Shown: in pieces, positions 58,139 through 64,000 of the stretch
How positions within the stretch are numbered: the first letter of the stretch is position 1
Layout: the number at the start of each line of letters is the position of its first letter
NCBI GenBank assembly: GCA_948444865.1
Contig: CAOJVE010000001.1
Coordinates: 1,372 to 65,371, forward strand
DNA: 64,000 bases
From: an uncultured Lachnospiraceae bacterium
Lineage (GTDB): Bacteria > Bacillota > Clostridia > Lachnospirales > Lachnospiraceae
Direction: 5' to 3'
Notes under the pieces: generated by a model
Seen by the model: only the letters and a program-made list of their open reading frames with translations
What the model was told of the DNA's origin: nothing
Database searches by the model: none
Made by a program: the position numbers and the translations under genes

Positions 58139-60412
58139 TTATCTACCTCTCTTAAATATTTTATCCATCCACTTCGTGCGCGTCTTCGCGGAAAATCCCT
58201 CCAGATTCGGCGCGCGCAAATCGTAGACGTATTCACCGATCTGGTGTTCTTCCATGATCTTCCCGTTGAAATGCCGCTCGATGGTCTCATAGCCTGTTGG
58301 TATGAAAAATACAATGTCAAAGCCAATCAGATTCAAAAAAACCGTCACGATGGAATCCTCCAGGGAGATCACCGTCTCCCCGGTGTGTATATACAAAAGT
58401 TTCGGGTTCTTTTTGGTGAAATCGAACTTCTGAATCATCCGCACAAGCTCCACGGGCAGATTCAATATGACGGAAACCGCCGTGTATTCCGCGCCGTTTT
58501 CAAACATCCCCCGGATGGCCTTCCGGTTTATGAGCGTCTGCAGCTTTTCCAGGATGTAATCCTGGGATTCCTCCCGCAGATAGCCGTAGGGGTATTTGGG
58601 ATGGCTTTTGATTTTGCTCTTCTGGATCTTGCCGTTTCTCAGAAATTCCGCCGCGTGCGCCTTCATGGGATTTTCCGCGAAAGCGTCTATGAGCGGCGGA
58701 TTTTTCACCACGTACGCGTCTTCCGTGACCAGCTCCCGGATGGACTGCCAGTAGGCGGAAACCTGCCCGTCTTTTACCCCGGAGACTTTGGCGAAAATCA
58801 CCGGGATGTTTACCGTGCCTTCCACGACGCTGAAGTTGGGCCGGTATTTCACCTCTTCGTCCCACAAAAGCTTGATTTCCTCGTACATGGTCCGCAAAAC
58901 CACCGCATTGGCCTTTTCGTACTGCCGCTCCCGATAAACGCCAGAGTCCTGGTACATCAGACTGTCCAGCTCCCGCTCCGCGTGATAAGCCGCCGTGCCC
59001 ATATGAACGCCCGCGTCCTCCCGGGGAAATTCCTGGACGGCCAGGGTCTGTTCATAATGGATTTCGTACAGCAGATCGTCCTTCAGGCAGCATTTCCGAC
59101 CGAGATCCGGCGCAAGGATCAGCACATCTGCCGGAAGCCGCGCCAGGAATTTGAGGAACAGCGCCTCTTTTCCGTCCGCGCAGCCGCCCATGTGGATGAA
59201 GCAGCCTACGTCCGGCGCCTTCCAGCCGCCCAGAAGCGCGCCCTGGTACCGTTTGAGCCAGCACAGCAGATACACCGCCTTATTCATCAGCTGATTCAGA
59301 TTTTCGCCGGAAGCTTTTGCCTCCGCCCGCATTACGTCCAAAAACGCCTGTGCCATCAGCCGCTGCAGCTCTGCATTGGCCGGGCAGGAAATGTTCTGGG
59401 ACAAATCTAGGAGCATCTGCGGCAGATCCGCATAGTTTTTCCGGCGGACGCCGCTGATCTCTTCCATGGAAGGCGGCGGGACGCTGCCGTTTACAATCAC
59501 CGGGTTTCGGCCGGAATTTTTCAACTCCAACTGAAACTGGTATAATTGATTTAAGTAGGTCAGCTTATCTTCCACGCCGCTGACGCGGCAGTAGCAGTTG
59601 TAGAAGAACCGGGAATCTTCCCCCCGCGCCGCTGGAGGCGTCTGTATGTCCTTAAGGATTTTTCCCGAAATCCACGCGTTGGTGCAGGCGGCAATCTGGG
59701 GCCGCTGGCCGTAAAGCCGCTCCATCTGCATCTCCCTCATGATCTCCTCCCGGACTTTTTTCAGGCTGTACCCCTCCGGGAAGCCGGCCATGCCGGGAAG
59801 CTTTAATTCATCCGACAGTTCCGACGCCGGATCCAGCTTTAAGTATTCGCCGTCCCCCGAAGGCAAAAGCAAAACAATGTCGCAGCCGGCGCGGGAGAGG
59901 ACGGACAAAAGCAGCAGCGCATATTGGCTGACCGGGCCCTGGCAGAGAATCTTGGGCGCATCCTCCTCCCCCAGACGGTTTGCGATGCGCTCGAACTTAT
60001 AGTACAGCCAGCACATGAATTTGATGTACGCGTTTTTTAACATATTTTCGTTTTTTCCGGCCCGGCGCAGACCGGAAAGCGTCGCATACATGGCGGCCGC
60101 CACATTTTGCCGCTGAAAGTCATTCATCCGGGGCAGCCATTTTGCCAAGCTGGCCTGCATAAACGCCTCCTCGAACCGGAATTCCTGGCCCATGATCTCC
60201 TGGTAGTAGGCCAGGTTTTTCTCATCGGGATTGGGAATCTTCCCCTCCAGAACGACGCCCGCGCGCGCCGCCGCCTGGTAATACCTGTGGATAAACCGGC
60301 CGACTTCCTCCGAATAGCCGCCGATCCGGTAAAAATACACGCCCCGCCCTGGCCTGCTGCCCAGTTTTTGAAAAAAATCATCCAAACTCTGGATTTTCTT
60401 ATGCTCAAACAT
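58139..60412 (-). CDS. YceG-family protein
   Basis: Repeated KFMCW / FLNLIGFDI modules, TAAYHAERELD and operon context with TelA and TerD as in Bacillus yceC-H. Confidence 0.78.
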   Translation of the reverse strand: MFEHKKIQSLDDFFQKLGSRPGRGVYFYRIGGYSEEVGRFIHRYYQAAARAGVVLEGKIPNPDEKNLAYYQEIMGQEFRFEEAFMQASLAKWLPRMNDFQRQNVAAAMYATLSGLRRAGKNENMLKNAYIKFMCWLYYKFERIANRLGEEDAPKILCQGPVSQYALLLLSVLSRAGCDIVLLLPSGDGEYLKLDPASELSDELKLPGMAGFPEGYSLKKVREEIMREMQMERLYGQRPQIAACTNAWISGKILKDIQTPPAARGEDSRFFYNCYCRVSGVEDKLTYLNQLYQFQLELKNSGRNPVIVNGSVPPPSMEEISGVRRKNYADLPQMLLDLSQNISCPANAELQRLMAQAFLDVMRAEAKASGENLNQLMNKAVYLLCWLKRYQGALLGGWKAPDVGCFIHMGGCADGKEALFLKFLARLPADVLILAPDLGRKCCLKDDLLYEIHYEQTLAVQEFPREDAGVHMGTAAYHAERELDSLMYQDSGVYRERQYEKANAVVLRTMYEEIKLLWDEEVKYRPNFSVVEGTVNIPVIFAKVSGVKDGQVSAYWQSIRELVTEDAYVVKNPPLIDAFAENPMKAHAAEFLRNGKIQKSKIKSHPKYPYGYLREESQDYILEKLQTLINRKAIRGMFENGAEYTAVSVILNLPVELVRMIQKFDFTKKNPKLLYIHTGETVISLEDSIVTVFLNLIGFDIVFFIPTGYETIERHFNGKIMEEHQIGEYVYDLRAPNLEGFSAKTRTKWMDKIFKRGR

Positions 60413-60425
60413 TTGCCCGTCACCT

Positions 60426-61013
60426 TCAATATCTATTCATTTTCTTCTTGTTCATCACATACCCCAGGCCCGCGCCCACGATCCCGCCGAAAATATGGGT
60501 CAGATTGGCCACGTTGTCCTGCAGGAAAATCCCTTCGTAAATCTGCTGGCCCATGTAAATCACCGCCACCAGAATGAACGTAAGGGGAATGCTGCCGCTT
60601 TTGATGCTTGTAAGGGACGCCAGCAAAATAAAGGCGAATACAACGCCGCTGGCCCCCAAAAGCCGCACGCCGGGAAACAAAACACAGTGCGCCACGCCCG
60701 TGACCACGGCCGTGATCAGGATCACAAACAGGATATTCGGGGAGCCGTATTTTTCTTCCAAAAGAGGCCCCACCACCAAAAGCAGCATGATATTCCCGAT
60801 GAAATGGTCCCATCCGGCGTGGCCGAACACATGGCCCACCAACCGGATATACGTTAGGGGGCTTAGAAACGGCGATCGGTATACGCTGAAAAGCAAATTC
60901 GTCGTCGCGTTCCTCGTAAGATACCCCAACAGCAATGTGACAAAACATATGGCCGTAAAGCTTAAGATAACCGGGGAGTTGAACGACACCCCTGGCTTTT
61001 TCCCTTTACTCAT
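60426..61013 (-). CDS. Rhomboid intramembrane serine protease
   Basis: HVFGHAGWDHFIGN, catalytic GASG and THIFG. Confidence 0.88.
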   Translation of the reverse strand: MSKGKKPGVSFNSPVILSFTAICFVTLLLGYLTRNATTNLLFSVYRSPFLSPLTYIRLVGHVFGHAGWDHFIGNIMLLLVVGPLLEEKYGSPNILFVILITAVVTGVAHCVLFPGVRLLGASGVVFAFILLASLTSIKSGSIPLTFILVAVIYMGQQIYEGIFLQDNVANLTHIFGGIVGAGLGYVMNKKKMNRY

Positions 61014-62207
61014 CTACTCCTTTTCCTCTCCCACAAAACTTTTGTCCATGGTAATCAGACACTGGAATCTGGAATCCTTTTCCTGCATGCGCTCCAACAC
61101 CTCAAGCCGCAGCTCATCCTGCTTTTCCTCCCCGTACTCGTAGGGAATCAGCAAGTCGAAGATCAGGTTGATGCACTCTTCCTCCTCTCCGTCCCGCACC
61201 AGATGAAAATCATGGAATTCCAGACGACTGTCGATCTGTCCGATTACCTCTCTTACTTGTTCTTTCACGCCCAGCACCCATGCGTCATGCACTTCCACCG
61301 GGTCCATATGTATCACCAGGTATATGCCCAGCTCCTCCAATACCTTCTTCTCCGCCCGGTCAATGACCGCGTGGGCCTGCTCAATGTCCATGTCTCTGGG
61401 CACCTCCGCGTGGATGGAAGCCATGCTCTTACTGGGGCCGTAATTGTGCACGAGCAGATCGTGGGTTCCCACGATGCCGTCAAAGCTCTCCACCATCTGG
61501 GAAATCTCCTTGTACAGCTGGGGCTTGATAGGCTCGCCGATCAGCGGCTCCAGCGTCTCCTTGGCAATCCCGATTCCCGCCCATATGACCAGCAGCGAAA
61601 CCACCAGGCCCGCGTACGCGTCTATATTCCAGCCGAATACGCCGTACACCAGCGTGGCCGCAATCGTCACCGAAGTGGTGGCCACGTCGCCCATGGAGTC
61701 CGCCGAGGTGGCCAGCATCACTTTGGAGTCGATCCTTTTTCCCAGCTTCCGGTTAAACGCCGCCATCCATATCTTCATCAGAACGGACAGCACAAGGATC
61801 AGAAACGGAACCAGCTCAAAGGAAATCACCTCCGGATGAATAATTTTTTCAAAACTGGATTTCAGGAAAGTGAATCCCACCTCGATAACCAGAAAGGCCA
61901 CGATAAAGGCGGCAATATACTCCATGCGCCCGTGGCCGAAAGGATGTTCCCGATCCGCCGGCTTGCTGGCCATCTTCACGCCCACAAAGCTGATGACGGA
62001 AGAGGCCGCGTCCGTTAAGTTATTGAACGCGTCCGCCATAATCGCAATACTGTGCATGACCATGCCAATCAAAAGCTTGGCTATAAACAGCAGAACATTG
62101 CAGAAGATCCCCACACAGCTGGAAAGCACCCCGTACCGGGTCCGCACCTCCTCCTTGTGCACCTGTTCGTAATCTTTTACAAACTTCCTCACCAAAAAAT
62201 CTGTCAC
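61014..62207 (-). CDS. Cation diffusion facilitator (CDF) transporter
   Basis: ADAFNNLTD, DREHPFGHGRMEY, DSMGD and a C-terminal dimerisation domain (HDLLVHNYG, IHMDP). Confidence 0.92.
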   Translation of the reverse strand: MTDFLVRKFVKDYEQVHKEEVRTRYGVLSSCVGIFCNVLLFIAKLLIGMVMHSIAIMADAFNNLTDAASSVISFVGVKMASKPADREHPFGHGRMEYIAAFIVAFLVIEVGFTFLKSSFEKIIHPEVISFELVPFLILVLSVLMKIWMAAFNRKLGKRIDSKVMLATSADSMGDVATTSVTIAATLVYGVFGWNIDAYAGLVVSLLVIWAGIGIAKETLEPLIGEPIKPQLYKEISQMVESFDGIVGTHDLLVHNYGPSKSMASIHAEVPRDMDIEQAHAVIDRAEKKVLEELGIYLVIHMDPVEVHDAWVLGVKEQVREVIGQIDSRLEFHDFHLVRDGEEEECINLIFDLLIPYEYGEEKQDELRLEVLERMQEKDSRFQCLITMDKSFVGEEKE

Positions 62208-62425
62208 TCAAAAAAACCTCCTTTGTGCTTTCTTTTCATTGTGTATATAGAAGAAAACCTGCAAATCCTCCGTTTCAAGAATCCACAGGCCTCTTTATAT
62301 TTATGGTATAATATTAATTTTATTATATCCTATTTTTCAGGAAAAAACAAGAAAATTCTGAAACTCTATTGAATATGCCAGACGGGAATGGTATCATATC
62401 TACAATAGAATGGAAGGAGTCTGCT

Positions 62426-63895
62426 ATGCAAGCCAATAACCTTACCTTACTGACGGATTTATATGAACTGACCATGATGCAGGGGTATTTTAAGAACCCT
62501 GTAAGCCAGACTGTTATTTTTGACGTGTTCTACCGGGACAACCCTTTTTCGGGAAGTTATGCGATTATGGCCGGGCTGGAACAAGTGATTGATTATATCA
62601 AAAACCTTACTTTCACCGACGAGGACATCCGCTACCTGGATTCCCTGCATCTGTTTCAGGCGGATTTCCTGGAATATCTGCGGAATTTCCGCTTCAGCGG
62701 CGACATCTGGGCCATACCGGAGGGCTCGGTTATTTTCCCCAGAGAGCCTATGATCAAAGTGATCGCTCCGGTGATGGAGGCGCAGCTCATTGAGACGGCC
62801 CTGTTAAACATCATCAACCACCAGAGCCTGATCGCCACCAAAGCTTCCCGGGTGGTCTATGCGGCGGGCGGCGACGGCGTGATGGAGTTCGGCCTTCGGC
62901 GGGCGCAGGGGCCGGACGCGGGCACATACGGGGCCAGGGCCGCTGTCATCGGCGGCTGCATCGGCACCTCCAACGTGCTGGCCGGGCAGATGTTCGGCGT
63001 GCCGGTTCTGGGCACCCACGCCCACAGCTGGATCATGAGCTTCCCCGACGAGTATGCCGCTTTTAAAACCTACGCCCGGATGTACCCGGACGCCTGCATC
63101 CTGCTGGTGGACACCTACGACACCTTAAAGTCCGGCGTTCCAAACGCCATCCGGGTTTTCAAGGAGATGCGCGAAGAGGGAATTCCTCTGAAAAAATACG
63201 GCATCCGCCTGGACAGCGGCGATCTGGCTTACCTCTCCAAACAGGCGCACCAGATGCTCTGCGACGCCGGCTTTCCCGACGCGGGCATTTCCGCCTCCAG
63301 CGACCTGGACGAAAACCTGATCTACAGCCTGAAAACCCAGGGCGCGCGGATCAATTCCTGGGGCGTGGGCACCAACCTGATTACCGCCAAGGGAAATCCC
63401 GCTTTCGGCGGCGTGTACAAGCTGGCCGCCATCCAAGACGAGTCCACCGGCGCCTTTATGCCAAAGATCAAGCTGTCCGAGAACACCGAAAAGGTCACGA
63501 ACCCCGGAAACAAAACCATTTTCCGCATCTACAATAAAGACAACGGCAAGATTAAAGCGGACCTAATCTGCCTGGCAAACGAAACCTTTGACGAGTCCAA
63601 AGACCTGGTCATCTTCGACCCCATCGACACCTGGAAAAGAACCCGCATCCCCGGCGGCAGCTACGCCTTGCGGGAGCTTTTGGTTCCGGTGTTTAAAAAA
63701 GGCGCCTGCGTCTATGAATCGCCCTCCGTCATGGAGCTACGGGAGATCTGCCAAAAAGAGCTTTCCACACTGTGGGACGAATCCCGCCGCCTGGTAAATC
63801 CCCAGGAAGTCTACGTGGACCTGTCGCAGAAGCTCTACGACATGAAAAAGAAACTGCTGGACGAAATCGCCGCGGAGCGGGAAAACGAATTGTAG
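62426..63895 (+). CDS. pncB: Nicotinate phosphoribosyltransferase
   Basis: LLTDLYELTM, EFGLRRAQG, GTHAHS, LVDTYDT, RLDSGD and GVYKL. ATG behind AAGGAG. Confidence 0.96.
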   Translation: MQANNLTLLTDLYELTMMQGYFKNPVSQTVIFDVFYRDNPFSGSYAIMAGLEQVIDYIKNLTFTDEDIRYLDSLHLFQADFLEYLRNFRFSGDIWAIPEGSVIFPREPMIKVIAPVMEAQLIETALLNIINHQSLIATKASRVVYAAGGDGVMEFGLRRAQGPDAGTYGARAAVIGGCIGTSNVLAGQMFGVPVLGTHAHSWIMSFPDEYAAFKTYARMYPDACILLVDTYDTLKSGVPNAIRVFKEMREEGIPLKKYGIRLDSGDLAYLSKQAHQMLCDAGFPDAGISASSDLDENLIYSLKTQGARINSWGVGTNLITAKGNPAFGGVYKLAAIQDESTGAFMPKIKLSENTEKVTNPGNKTIFRIYNKDNGKIKADLICLANETFDESKDLVIFDPIDTWKRTRIPGGSYALRELLVPVFKKGACVYESPSVMELREICQKELSTLWDESRRLVNPQEVYVDLSQKLYDMKKKLLDEIAAERENEL

Positions 63896-63963
63896 TCCCC
63901 TCATAAAACCTTTTGCCCGGCCATAGGATAGATTAAGAAATATCACGGCAGGAGGTTTTTCCC

Positions 63964-64000
63964 ATGCCATCCTATACCCGGCTGGTCAACAAAAGCCATC
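63964..64000 (+). CDS. Start of a gene truncated by the window end
   Basis: GGAGG RBS then ATG (MPSYTRLVNKSH...). Too short to assign. Confidence 0.35.
   Translation, partial: MPSYTRLVNKSH

Overview
Chromosomal segment of a moderately GC-rich, spore-forming Clostridia bacterium. It is most likely a gut Lachnospiraceae member (inferred from gene content and Firmicutes-type promoters and RBSs). The housekeeping backbone comprises htpG (5'-truncated), ligA, an rRNA pseudouridine synthase, tRNA-Arg(CCG), efp, aroK, citrate synthase, an alaA-like aminotransferase, gdhA and pncB. Accessory modules are interleaved: (1) an AT-rich ABC-ATPase plus RloB/TOPRIM-like pair, a candidate defence cassette; (2) a cobalamin-riboswitch-controlled 7-gene operon (family-5 ABC importer, a second lipoprotein and a MATE pump), with a distant terminator and antiterminator visible in its leader; (3) a URO-D/MtaA-like methyltransferase, a CobW GTPase and a PucR regulator, next to a truncated DUF3786 remnant that sits in frame behind ureD; (4) a complete urease operon ureABC-I-EFGD whose leader holds two tandem terminators, each overlapped by an ANTAR-type hexaloop hairpin; (5) a DinJ/RelB-YafQ toxin-antitoxin pair; (6) an EamA-YqeG fusion gene; (7) a signalling block (two diguanylate cyclases, a GHKL/LytTR pair and a hybrid kinase), a D-psicose 3-epimerase homologue and a second family-5 ABC system; (8) a Ter-type stress cluster (rhomboid, yceG, telA, 2x terD, Ca-type P-ATPase, HAD) split by a small opposite-strand gene. 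Two short MITE-like inverted-repeat elements occur in intergenic DNA. No CRISPR array, rRNA, integrase or transposase was seen. All protein family calls come from motif recognition by eye, not from database searches.
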